The notes below the pieces were generated by a model that was given only the letters and a program-made list of their open reading frames with translations, had not been told where the DNA came from and ran no database searches. From positions 3,906,001-3,970,000 of the forward strand of contig NC_092680.1 of assembly GCF_964355755.1 (NCBI RefSeq): a DNA stretch of 64,000 nt. The letters are read 5' to 3'. Positions 37,818 to 50,869 of this stretch are shown in pieces; the stretch's first letter is position 1; each line of letters begins with the position of its first letter. Position numbers and translations under genes: made by a program. Origin of the DNA: Antedon mediterranea. Its lineage: Eukaryota > Animalia > Echinodermata.

Positions 37818-39381
37818 GGCCCTCATTAAAGAAATACGATGAACTGGAGGACAGAAATCAAAGAGCGTGTAAAAACTAGACACTTTTAGCGGTCTTATTG
37901 AAGAAATACTTTAACTGGCGGACAGAAATCAGAGAGTGTATGGCCACAAGACACCGTAATAGAATAATTTACATTCTTGCAAATAGAAATAATCTATATA
38001 TAAATAAGCAAGTAAAAAATTTACCGAATATCGTATTCGTAGATGGTTACAGCAGGGAAGAGTTAATTTTAACTCTTCCCTGGTTACAGTTACAGTTACA
38101 GTTACAGTTAAAAAACAAACCATCGTTCATTTGAATTAGTAGCTCTCCGACATAAATCAGAATCTATTAGGAGTAGGCGGAATTAGAGAACATACTTTTT
38201 AAAATAAATGGAGAAGTTGTAAGATAAGATTTAAACGATTTAGTGTCTCTGTGACGCATGTGGCGTATCAGTATGGAAAGGGTAAACAAAATGAAACAAA
38301 TATAAAAATGTATAATTTAAAAATGAAGATTAATTAAATCCGACTTTAAATAGGTTATTTTGTAGTTTTAATACAGTTAATCACTCTTGTAGAAAAAAAA
38401 AAGAACAATGTTTTTACTAATAAAATGACAAAGTAAATAACTATTAGTGACATTAAAATAGCATGTTGAACAAAAGAATGTGTTAAGAAGTCTTCTTTCA
38501 GGGGGATAATATATCTTTAAGCTACTTTTATTTCTTAGATTCGTATTACTGTAACGTACCTATATTTTCTATTTAATAATTTAGTAAATTGTATTGTAAA
38601 CTTTAGAAAAATACTTTATTTTAGTAATTTACATTTATTCTTAATGAGTAAAACTAAGAATAAAAACATGGACATTATTAAGCTCAACTAACTAGGAGAA
38701 TTGAAAACCTTGCTATAATATGCGCATCCGTATTCATATTTCCATCTATTTTTTGGCAATTTGAAAAATGGACATCAAATTAGGAATGTTGCATTCGTGC
38801 AGATAAGTTAGCCTAGTCGAAAACAAGGTTTAGATTAATGTACTACTATTAATTGTTGACTCAGATCAAGAATTGAAAACAACATCGACAACAAGTCGTC
38901 GTCAGGCTTTTCAATTCAACATAAATTGTATCTTAGACGACAACCACAACGTATTGTACACGTAGCAACGTAAACATTGCAGGTCAACAATTTAAATTTA
39001 TTAATAGTAATTAATTATTAATTATAGTCTATAGCCTAATGATCAGTATCGTATCATATTTCATTTCGTAACGATTGAAGAATCGTACTAAAGACTAATT
39101 GTCTACTATTGTTGATTTGATTTCATTGTCATTAATAAAAACTAAACGATAGCTATTGTTATACTGTAGGCCTATATTAAATTTATAAGCAAGAATTGTA
39201 ATTATCTTATCCAAGATGTAATTTCATCAAAGAATGATAGAGTGCCGACGTGCCCTTTGTCAATTGCAGTATTACTATTTAATACAATAGTTTAGGGTCG
39301 TATATTTTATTTCGCTAGTGACCATTGCCGAAACAGTTGTGGAAAGGTTAGACCTAAGTGGATACCATACATGAAATAAAC

Positions 39382-42300
39382 ATGTTACATATTATACAAA
39401 TTCATCTCGTCATGTTAATGGCTACTGTGATATTTGGAGATCTGTTATCATCAGACAGTAAGTAGTAATAGTAAGGTCTCCCTTATACTAATTTTGAATA
39501 TCAAGAGACGTTTTAATAAGCTTTTACAAATGTTTTACTTGGTGCAATATTTTTTTGTATTTCGATGTTTTTTAAGGGGCAACTGACTTTTTGAGTTATA
39601 GTAATTGTTTTGCTTTAGTTGCCCCTGACCATTGTGCTTTGTTTCTGTTCTGTATCTGTTTATTGGTCGAATAAATAAATGAAATGAAATGAAATGAAAG
39701 TCCAACTATTTGAAAGGTGCTAGTTTCACGAAAGTTACTATAGATTGTGAACATTTAGTTAAAGTTACTTTAAAGACAGACTTACATTTAAACAACTATG
39801 TGTTCTGAAATATAATATTTATTATTTGAAGTCGTTACCAGTTACATTGAACTACTACTAAGAATAAATAATTGTGGTATAGGCCTATTCATTCATTCAT
39901 TTATTTCATTTCGGATAGTACATCCATATACAAATCATACAAAACAGAGAAAACAAATCACCAGGAAATAACAGTGGCAACTTCCACAAAAACAACCTAC
40001 AGTATCCCAAAAATCAATTTGCACCAACGCTGATTGGATTGTTGATTATTATATTAACAACTATAGGCCTATACTATGAACAACTGCCATGAATTCTGTT
40101 CTTAAAAGGTCCTCCAATATTCATAGAATTCAGTGTGGTTCCCACTAGCGACGCAACGTAACATAACCCTACGACGTATTGCGTAATCACAAGTGTGAAC
40201 CGAGGACGCAACAGTGTTGCAAACATCGCAATTTGATTTCACGCAGGCGGGGGCAAACGCAGTTATTGGAAGGGCATTTTCCTACGTTGCGTATGTTGCG
40301 TCGCAAGTGGGAACCAAGCTTAAACTGTATACATGCTTATAGATGAGACCAGGCTTGTCAACGCAGACGATCACCAGTATAGAGGACGTCTACAAACACT
40401 AGTGGATAGTGACTGGTTACCGGTCTGTTTCACAAGCTTAAACGACAAATCTGCCAAAGTTGCGTGCAAGGGGTTTGGTTTTATTGACTTCGACAGTTTT
40501 ACAAAAGTAGAGGTGGCTCAAATAGCGAGTGAGACAGAAGTGTACGATTGTAATGGGTGGGAACGTATGCTCAGCAGATGCAGCACGAAAACTAAACGAA
40601 ATGTTCAGTGTGACAAAATTGAACTTATTTGTACAGCTATCGAATTGGGTAAAGTTATGCTTATATCTAAAATATATTGAGTTATAACAACAATGACTAG
40701 GGGCTTCACTAGAAGCGACGAAGACATGTTTGTTTTCGTTATTTGAAAAGAAAAACAAACTAATTTGAAATTTATTTCGGTTATTTTTATTATGTTACTT
40801 TCAGCCAGGTATGGCCCAGTGGCTTTATAAGTTCAAACTCCGTTGCAACAGTCTAAAAATTAAATAAATAGAGAAGAAAAGTTTGTAACAATGGTTTAAC
40901 GAATTACACTTATCTTTTTAGATTATTATTATTATATAGATATTTGTAAAATTACTAGGCGATCAAAGGTGGTTCAGTGATGTTGATGAGATGGTTCTAT
41001 AACCTCCATGGCTGGCTATTCTGTTAGATGTAATAACACGTACTGGAGATTGTATTCTCGATTGTATTAATACTTACAAAATGCATCAAAATTAACAAAT
41101 TTAAATATTCCTATTAATGTTTTAGAAATGTACTATATTTCACGGCAAATATACAACATAATTCATATACACTGTCCTTAATAAATTACTCTCAATTATT
41201 TTTTTAAATTTTCATATTCTTTATCTAGATTCAGAATACTTACGAATTAACCAAGCAGATGAACTTCACAAGGGACGACTAGAGCTGAAGTATAACGATA
41301 GGTGGGGGCCAGTTTTCAATGAAAACTGGGGGCTGTACGATTCCAAAGTGGCATGTCGTCACCTTGGATTCATTGGTGTAATTCACCATGATCAACAGCT
41401 AAGATCAGGTCCAAGAGTTACTCTACCCAATGTTGATGACTTCAAATGCAAAAGTACAGAAAATGTTCTACATGATTGTCAACATGGGGGATGGGGGTTG
41501 CCAGCGAGTGCAAACTCTACTGATGTGTTACTAACATGTATGCCGATATACAAATGTAAGTTTTCTCATTAAATTAATCAATTCTTTAGAACCGGAATGA
41601 CATGATGGTAATTTGTTCAGTGTGTTAAAGATGAAAGCTTATGTGATTTTAATGGTAACAGAAGCAAAATCAACTTGATCCTTTCTGATCTATGTTGAAT
41701 CATGGAGGAAAAGGCTTCTATAAGACTATGTTTTCCAATTGTCCATACAAATACAATGTTTCACAAACAAAATAATGATGCTTTTCTTATTATTTTCCAC
41801 TGCAAAAAACGACAGATGTGGATTTCATGTCGACCACCTGTCTTCTGAGCTGTTAAATTTACATGAATGTTCATTTGCTTAGCTTTCTTATTCTTAACTT
41901 TTTGTTTACAGCCGATGGTAATTTTTCTTTCCGTCTTAATGACAGTAAGAGTCATGCATTTCAAGGAAGATTGGATATAAAGTACAGTACTGAGGAAAAA
42001 TGGGGTAGCGTATGCAATGATGACGTCACTATTCACACTGGACACTTTATCTGCAACAAGCTTGGCTTCATGCAAGGGGCAGCGAACATTAGCAGAGACG
42101 CAGCATTTGGCGCTGGAACTGAAGACATTGTGCTTAGTGATTTGTTCTGTAGTGGCTCGGAACAAAATCTTATTGATTGTAAATATTCAAAATATGTTAG
42201 TAAGGCATGTGGTCATACGAGTGACTTGTCTATTCAATGTGTTCCAATTACAGAAGGTAAGTTAACTATTCTATTTTTGAATAGTGTGTTAAACGCATTC

Positions 42301-45300
42301 CTCTTCCATCTACTTTTGCCATAATTTTACAATTAATATGGTATATATATACATGGCTGCAGTCGCGTGCTCAAGTTAGTATTTACCGACTAACCGACCA
42401 CCCGACCGACCAACCGACCGACCGACATAGTGAGCTGTAAAGTCGCGTGTTGAATACATTTAAATATTTTATTGTTTTAGAAATGTACTATTATTCACGG
42501 CAAATATACAACATAATTCATATACCGTATGTCCTTAAAATAAATTTGTTTTTATTATTTGAAAAACATCATACTGTAGTAGTGAACTTTGACCGAATAG
42601 AATGTTGCATCAGTACGCAACAGTTCATTAAGACAAACATCTTTTATATTTTGTTGTAGAATCAAAACAAAACATAACACTTAAACTAACTGGAAGTGTA
42701 CATACTTACGAAGGATTAGTCCAGTTAAGCTACGTAGACAATTCTGGATTTGGAACAATCTGTGGCAAAGATTTTGAAATTGAAACTGCTCACATAATTT
42801 GTAATGAACTCGGCTTCTACCAAGGAGCGTATTTATATTCGTTAGGAGAAAGTGATATTGGAAAGGACAGCATTATAATGCTTAATAAAATAAAATGCTA
42901 CGGGAATGAATCTAGGCTCATTGACTGCATGTATGAGTTTGTTGACAATTGTACGCATGAACATGATGTTAGTGTCGTTTGCGTTCCAATTACTATGGGT
43001 AAAGTATTGCTTGTAATTTTCTGGTTAAAGTAGAATGTTTATAAATTAATTTTGATAAAATATTATATTAGTTAAAAATGATAAATTTTGATTTGATGAT
43101 ATCTTGGCAAAATTAGATCAACATCGCCAAACACACACTTTTAGAAAAATACTTTGAAATATGGAAATTTAATTTGCGTTATTTGTATTGCAGAAAGAGA
43201 AAAAGATATAGAAGTTAAATTGACTGATGACTGGAGGAGTTATGAAGGCTTAGTTCGTCTTAACTATTTTGATGGTTCAGGATTTGGCACAATATGCGGT
43301 CATGAATTCAGCATTACTGTAGCCAATGTGATCTGTCGGGAGATTGGCTTCTACAAAGGAGCATATTCATTTTCATTAGGCAATGTTACTGAGGAAGAAA
43401 GTATTATCATGCTAAACGAAATACAATGCACTGGGAATGAAAGTAAACTCATTGACTGTAATTTTATTTACGTGGATGAGTGCACACATGCCGATGATGT
43501 CAGTGTCGTCTGTATACCGATTGTTGATGGTAAAGTATTTTAAAATAAGTTTGTATATCACATAATATTATTAGCAACATCACCGATAATAGTTTTTTGG
43601 TAGTGAGGTATATATAAAACAAATTTTAAAGAAGATTAACAATAACAACTTGTACTGTACTTAAGTTTATTATGATCAATTATTGTTTTTGTACATCAAC
43701 ACACGTGATAGTAAATCAGCCAATCATATCTGTGCATTGCATGAACCTAAACTATTTGTTGTTTTCTCTCACAGAGTCGTTCGTTACATTTCTGTTTGGA
43801 AAATTTGGCTTTTACGAAGGCATAGTTTCCATTTATGATGGCAAGAATTTCAATCAAATCTGCTTAGATAGTTGGGGCATGCCCGAATCCGATGTAGTCT
43901 GCAAAGAGTTAGGCCATCAAGGTGTCCTTTATTACGATACGAATAAGCCGGACAAACACCTTCCGGAAGCCTATAAAAACCCGGTCTTCAGCTTCATGTG
44001 TAATGGTTCCGAGTCATCCCTCTTTGATTGCTACTTGTCCCGTAATGAATCTGGTGGTTTGTGCATAATACAAGATTATGTGGTACGAGTGGAGTGTATA
44101 CGTTTCTTACCAGATTTCTTCAACACCAGTGCTAACACGAGTGAACTGCTGTACAATGTAGATTTCCTACTTATTGATTCCGAAGAATCCAGCAACCTGT
44201 CATCGGCAAGCTTTGGATATTTTGGTAGTAAATTAATATACTTATTTGCTGTTTGGTGATTGTTCTGTTCTTTTCTTTTCATATACTCCCGTTACACACC
44301 TTATATCGAAGCCTGCTACTACATACTATCACTACATACCTTACTGCCGCTACTTACAGTAGGCCTACCTTACTGCCGCTACTTACCTTACTGTCATTAC
44401 TTACCTTACTGCTGTTACTTACAGTACCTTCCTTATTGCCGCTACTTACCTTACTGTCACTACTTACCTTACTGCTGCTACATACAGTACCTTACTGCCA
44501 CCCATATACCTCACTGTTGCTATTATTCATACTGCCGTTACATACCTGCTATTACACCTTTACCGTCGCTACATAATTTACTGCCGCTACAGTACTGTCA
44601 TTCCATTCTTTACTAACGTTACATACATACTGCCACTCTATTCTTTATTAACGCTACATACATACTGCTACTCCATTCTTTACTAACGCTACATACATAC
44701 TGCCACTCCATAACGTACTGATGTTATCATTATACCCCATATACCTATAGAGTAAATACCAAATATGATAAGGCATGTGGTGCGCAGACTGTCATTTCAA
44801 TCTATCACATAGTTTGGAAGCTTGTGAGAATTAGTTTTTAGTGATAGTGTTGATGATAACAATTATTTGTCAGTTACTAGTTGTAATTGTTTCATTATAA
44901 TATAGTTTCTTTTTAGTTATTGATTCACCGACCTCAAATGACACTAATTTTCTGAAATTGGTGGATTCGGAGCCGTTTATGTATACCTTCTATCCTGAAC
45001 AAACTCAATTTTCAAGTAAGTAGCACCGATTCGTTTCTATCGACTAAACTGTACTAAACTTTATTGTATCTCTTGTATCGTTTTTTACAGTGTGCTTTTA
45101 TAATCATCATTTCATCCCAATAGTGTTGTCATCAAAATTGCGGCGATCATCACAAAAACTAAGCCTTTCTAATTAATAAATTTATAAAAATAATACTTTA
45201 TTATAACAGACTTAGAATTGGCTACGTCGTCTTATCTGATGTCTCTTGATCTTTCAAAATTAAGTAAAAATGAAACCGTTCCATTTTTGGAAGAAAGGTA

Positions 45301-48300
45301 AACATCAGAATTTATTAATATAAATCAATTAAGTACAGATCGTAAAATGACAGTATCGTTAAGTTATAGAATAAACTTGTTAGACTCTTCGTGATTTAGG
45401 GGTCAATGGTCAGTTCGGCCTAGTTATTTTACCCAGATGTTATAGGCTTCAGAGACCAATTATCACCAACTTAAATAATGATCTCTAACAATCTTTCACA
45501 ATCTTGTTGAAATAGGAAGTTGTTTCCATTTACAATGTTGTTTCTAAAAATGTAGTATTTAAAAAAACTCAACCTTCAAAAAGGTGTTCAGGAAAATAAT
45601 AATGAATATTTATATAAATTAGCATAGTACGACTGATGTTTTATTTTATCAGCTCAAATACACATATCTACGCATATGCAGGCATCTTTGGTTTAAACGT
45701 ATACTCGCCACTTGGAGAGATGTTGTCTGCGAAGGCACGTTTCACATATCCTAACAATTTGGTAAGTTTATCAGTATTATTAGTTGGTTTTGTTTATTCA
45801 AAATGTATCGTAATACTATTTTTTTGTTATTTACCCAAATAATTAATTTAATTATAAGTAAGTCATTGTTGATTTAGTTTATGTTGTTATAATAACAGGG
45901 AGTTGTCTCTGATAGTAATGTGTTTACTCAAAATACTGATTTTCTCTTCTATACTTTTCTCTAAGTATATTCAACTTGTAAGCCCAACATTGGTTGTATT
46001 GAATACATATTCAAATATCTAATAGAACATTTTTAATTTACGTTAATTTATAGACACTTCCATTTACGATTGATGTTCCTAAAGGGTCGACGTTAGAACC
46101 TATATGCACGTATTTTGATCCAATTTTGGAGTAAGTTTATTTTTTTCGATTTGCAAAAGACAAGTAAATTTTTCAAAAAACATAAATATATTGAGTCGAG
46201 CATATATCATTATCATAAATTGCTAATTTGTAATCAGTAATGTTATAAATTTGTTTAAAGTATCTTAATGCATAATTATAGTTTTAAGATTAAACAACAA
46301 TGAATTTGATCTTTTTTCTGTTAGAATTTGGTCATCGGAAGGTCTAATAACCGAGGAGGTAAATGGAACAATTAATTGTGAAAGCGAGCATCTAACAAGC
46401 TTTTCAATAATGATGAAAGTTACAATACATCCTCAGGTAGGCATCGTTACACTAGAGAGACGCAACGCAACAACGTGGACTTTGATCAACTAGATTGCGT
46501 TGCCAACGCAATCTAGTTGATCAAAGACAAGTGTCAGTTTAATATAATACTATTGTGGAAAAACTGTAGTAATTAATTCACTTTCGATGCACTTTGTAAT
46601 TCCCATGATCAAATGCACATTCAAATTGAAATTATATAGGTTTATAAAAATATGTTGTTATCAACTTTAGGACACAAGCTGGGAGACGATTCTGTCGGTT
46701 ATGACATATCTCTGTCTTGGATTATCGATATCTGTTTCAATTCCTACGTACATATCGTTCATGTATTTCAGGTAAGTTTTTGTCAAAGACTCGTCACAGA
46801 ATTACATGTTTATTTCATTTCCGAATTAAAACATTACTTCATGGTTCTTGTGGTAGAATATTGCTCGGAGAAGGACTATAAACCGTAGGTCCAGTGTACA
46901 CATCTAGCTCATGTGTACTTTAAAGAACCTAGTACATCTTTCGAGATGAGTAGGGGGTTATCCCTGTGTACTATAGTACATCACAGCCATTGGTCATAAC
47001 TGGGCCCTTTGGAAGACCAGTCCTTGACTGAAGATGTCACCCAGTATAAATAAATAATAAAATACATTGGGTGGGTTTAAATAACTGTACATACATACAA
47101 TGATTAAACACCTCTTTAAAGATTTCAAGCATGTTATCATTCAAATTATATGGCCTCCCTGTTTTTTTCATTATTTTCTTCAGAGCGCTTCGTTTAAATA
47201 CAAGATTTATCATCGTACGAAACATTGTACTTTCTGTTTGCCTGAGAGACCTTATGTTTCTTTTTACCGATTATGTCACGGGTATGGCAAGCAAGGTTAG
47301 TAGACATAATTATTACAATAGAAGATACATTTTCCTATGATAATACACAGTGCCTTCTTATAACTGTCTTGCAAAGCTAATACTTCATGGCGAATAATCA
47401 TCTCAAACGCTAGTTCAACTTTAAAAAAATAGCAGATTATATTTTGAGAGGACTAAAGAAAAGAACGAAATATGGGTGTCGAGTCGGGAGTTCGGCTTCG
47501 AGATGTTATACCACACTTAGGCCTAGGCTAGGCTAGGCTTAGGGGTCGTCGGTTTCGTGTTATGGGTCGTCCAATTCGAGGTCGCCCGGGTCGTTGGGGT
47601 CGTCCAATTCGAGGTCCTCGCTTTCTACACACCCGTGTCGGGTCTGGTCCCACTGCACTCGAAATAGACTCTATTAATAATTATATGTTGACCTTATGCC
47701 CTCACAACAGTGTTACTTGTACTCGCTAAACTCCCTATGGTTTATTTTTCATTATAACATTATCTTGTATCTATTTCAAAATAATGTTATAATTTAAAAA
47801 TCAAAACTTCTAATTTATACAGTAGTCGATTTCTAACTGTTTTTGTTTTTAACTACTTTCAAATAAAAACATATCATGTCTTTTTTCATAATTACAGCCA
47901 TCGTACCTTTGTGAGGTCACAGGTGCACTGCTCCAGTACATGAGCACGTGTGCGTTTCTCTGGATGCTGTGCGCATCGACTGACATATGGTTGAAAGTTC
48001 ACTTTCCGTATTTTGATCATACCAAAAATATACACGTCTACCGCCCCCTATCCTACATAGCTCCAGTAGTGATTGTTTGTGCAACTATCGGAGGTTTTAG
48101 AAGTGGGTATATTGATGAATACAGGTAAGTGACTTTAATCTATGATTATTTTCTTATCTTTGATTGTCACACGAAGAGAAACATTAATTGTGATTTTTAT
48201 TTATTAAAATCCAACATATAAACATATATTGGCAAGATCAATTTACCGTTTCAAAAAACATTTACCTTTCAGTTTCAGCAATCATTGTGATATTTATTTA

Positions 48301-49501
48301 AGCACTATTTTATTTATTAATATTTATTTCATATTTTATCAGCTGTTGGCTCAGCATCACCAGTCGATCTATGTTTGTTTTTTACTCGACGGCGGTATTT
48401 CTGATTCTAGTAAGTTGTTATACGGTTGTCGCGGTCACGAAATGTAATTTACTATCCAAGCTATACGGACTTTCCACATATAAAACGCCCGTGTTGTAAA
48501 ATCTGACATTTTTCTATTCGATGTAAAAGGGGTCATAAAACTATTTTAAAGAGATGAGAATTATGTACTTATATGATATATGTACTTTTAAATTGTTGTT
48601 TAACATGTTGTCGTCTACTACAGAAAATTGCCTTTTGTTGTGTAAAGTCCATGCTGATTTTTTGGGGCTAAATATATGTGGAATTGAATTGAATTGATTT
48701 GGTCTTTTTCAGCTCACTTCAGTTCAATTAGCTATGGTGGCATGTAAGACAACCAAAACGCTAAAGAATGCTGTGCAGCCAACGAACATAGAAACAACAA
48801 ATCCAAAAACCTCCAGGTACGGTACTGTTGTAGTTATCTAGTAAAAGGCTTTTCCCGTCCTTTTGATTGGATGTTGTGCAGTTGGTCCCGATGGCTGCAT
48901 GGATGACCTTTCACAAAAAAAAAAATCATCTATTATTTCTCGTGTAACATCGTGTAATATGCGATCATTCTAATATTACTTTGAACATTATTTCACTGAA
49001 AATACTTTTGTTGGTATCCTATCTGGTAAAACGGAAAAAGAATGAAGTTTATTAGATTCTTTGCGATCAGAAGGGACCGATTCATTGAATTCGGATGTAT
49101 GTTTTTATTAATTTATAATGATCTCTATCTTTTTTCCTAATTTCGTATGCATTTCTTTATTAATTTATAATGATCTCTATCTTTTTTCATAATTTCGTAT
49201 GCATTTCTTTATTAATTTATAATGATCTCTATATTTTTCATGATTTCGTATGTAATTTATTCATTTATAATGATCTCTATGTCTTTCATATAGAAATATT
49301 GCGAAGTCTTTCCTACCGTTGCTGGCAGTTTTTGGTATCACTTGGATTCTGGGTATTTTTCTTGTTATCGGCGGCACCATTATATTTGATTTATTATTTG
49401 TTATTGTTAATGGTCTCCAAGGTTTTGTCATTTTCCTTTCTCAATTTCTTTTTAGTAAACAGGTAAATATAAATTTATTTTGTTTACGAATTGTTATAAA
49501 C

Positions 49502-49546
<45 letters not shown>

Positions 49547-49805
49547 CTGATTTTCCACTATGCGAATTTGTTCGCGCAAATCGAAAGCGCCAGCTTATTC
49601 GCATGCGTAGAGAGGGATATTTGAAAGATGGAAACATGAATAACGCATGCGTATAAGCTGACGCTGTCGATTCGCGCCAACAAAGTCGGCTTGTGGAAAA
49701 TCGGCCTTAGATTTTCGCTTTAAACGACTTATATTATTTTTTTCAACCAAGGTACGTAATGCTTGGAGCGAACATATAGAACGTGTCACCACACGAACAC
49801 TTTAA
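39382..49805 (+). CDS. Adhesion GPCR 3: signal peptide, 6 SRCR domains, compact GAIN, GPS, 7TM (~1165 aa, 19 exons); close paralogue of gene 2
   Basis: Signal exon 39382-39457. SRCR exons 40343-40648, 41229-41555, 41912-42256, 42660-42998 (absent from the ORF track), 43194-43529, 43775-44224. GAIN exons 44917-45015, 45210-45297, 45653-45761, 46054-46130. GPS exon 46325-46436 (CESEHLTSFSIMM). 7TM exons 46671-46771, 47184-47295, 47898-48124, 48343-48409, 48713-48816, 49294-49462. Last exon 49752-49805. Phases join into one 3498-nt ORF. Confidence 0.9.
39570..39699 (+). mobile_element. 3' end of a non-LTR retrotransposon (L2/CR1-group-like)
   Basis: Stem-loop AGGGGCAACT...AGTTGCCCCT followed by AATAAA and a (GAAAT)n tail. 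Confidence 0.55.
40132..40321. mobile_element. MITE related to the same TIR family, with a different interior
   Basis: TGGTTCCCACTAGCGACGCAAC...GTTGCGTCGCAAGTGGGAACCAAGCTT. It ends about 20 nt before the acceptor of gene 3 exon 2. Confidence 0.7.
44300..44712. repeat. Degenerate ~18-bp minisatellite (TTACTGCCGCTACTTACC)
   Basis: Directly visible; it produces the spurious LPYCRY and LLPLLT ORFs. Confidence 0.85.
46863..47062 (+). mobile_element. 5'-truncated SINE with a Deu/Nin-domain-like core
   Basis: GGACTATAAACCGTAGGTCC...TAAAGAACC...TTCGAGATGAGTAGGGGG resembles the Deu/Nin SINE central domain as I recall it. It ends in an (AAT/AAAT)n tail. Confidence 0.5.
49105..49285. repeat. ~52-bp tandem repeat (~3.5 copies) just upstream of the TM6-7 exon acceptor of gene 3
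   Basis: ATTTATAATGATCTCTAT recurs four times. Confidence 0.8.
49503..49544. repeat. (TA)n microsatellite
   Basis: About 21 perfect units. Confidence 0.95.
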
Positions 49806-50869
49806 CAACTTCATCACATATTGAAGATACTGTGAGCCAATGGATAAATCTTAAACACTCAGGGGCCTAAGAGGAATAGCAAAACGCAGTTATAATTGAT
49901 ACGACGCCTACGGTATTTTTATTGACGGTATTTAACAGAAACAGGCCATATTGTCAAAACTTCACAAACATCGTGCTTTGGTATAATACAATAACATTTT
50001 ACAGATTACATAAATAGATTATAATATGTGGATTATAAAGAAGATTATTTAGATTAAGTACTAGACATATACCAGTTGTTGATATCGTTTGAGTGAATAT
50101 TGCCTAGTAATAGTAATATGATGGGTTTTTTAATTAAGTGTAAATACCAGTTATTTATATTATTTTAGTAAACATTGCCTACTGTAGATTTAACAGCTTA
50201 GTGTAAATAGACAAATACCAGTTATTTATATCGTTTTAGTGAATATTGCCTACTGTAGATTTAACAAAGTGTAAATAGACAAATAATATAATATAAGTTT
50301 ATATAACAATCATTAAGTATAGATAGACAAATAGTGGTTATTTATAAACCTTTTCTTCCCAGATTGAATAAGATTATTATTTCAACTAAATCATTATTGG
50401 TTTAGCCTATTCATAGACAAATCGACGATATTTATAACGATTAGTTAATGATCATATATTTAATGTATAAAATACCCTCGTACATATCTTAAGATGTTTT
50501 ACTAAATTAACTTTTGTAAGTTCCCGGTTCTCCTTCAGAGTAAATACAACTTATAAAAACCATCGTAGGTTTAGAATTTGGGAAAATATGTTTTTATACC
50601 TATTAGAGCATAATAGCGCCGATATCAATATTGGATATAAGGACGGAAACAATAGACTAACTAACAAGCTACTTAGATTAAATTATAAGTGGATTTCCTT
50701 TCCGGTAAGTATTATGTGAGTGTACTTACGACTGTACTAAATAGTTGGTTAATTTACCCATGTTATTATAGTTTGTTCAAAATATAATCATTGTACTGAT
50801 TGTAAAAGATTATTTTGAGTACGAACTGTAACTTTAAAGAAAAAACATCGTCCCATCGGCACAACGCAC

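Noticed and set aside
44253-44616. Cys/Tyr-rich and Leu-rich repetitive ORFs
   Set aside because: Translations of an intronic 18-bp minisatellite.
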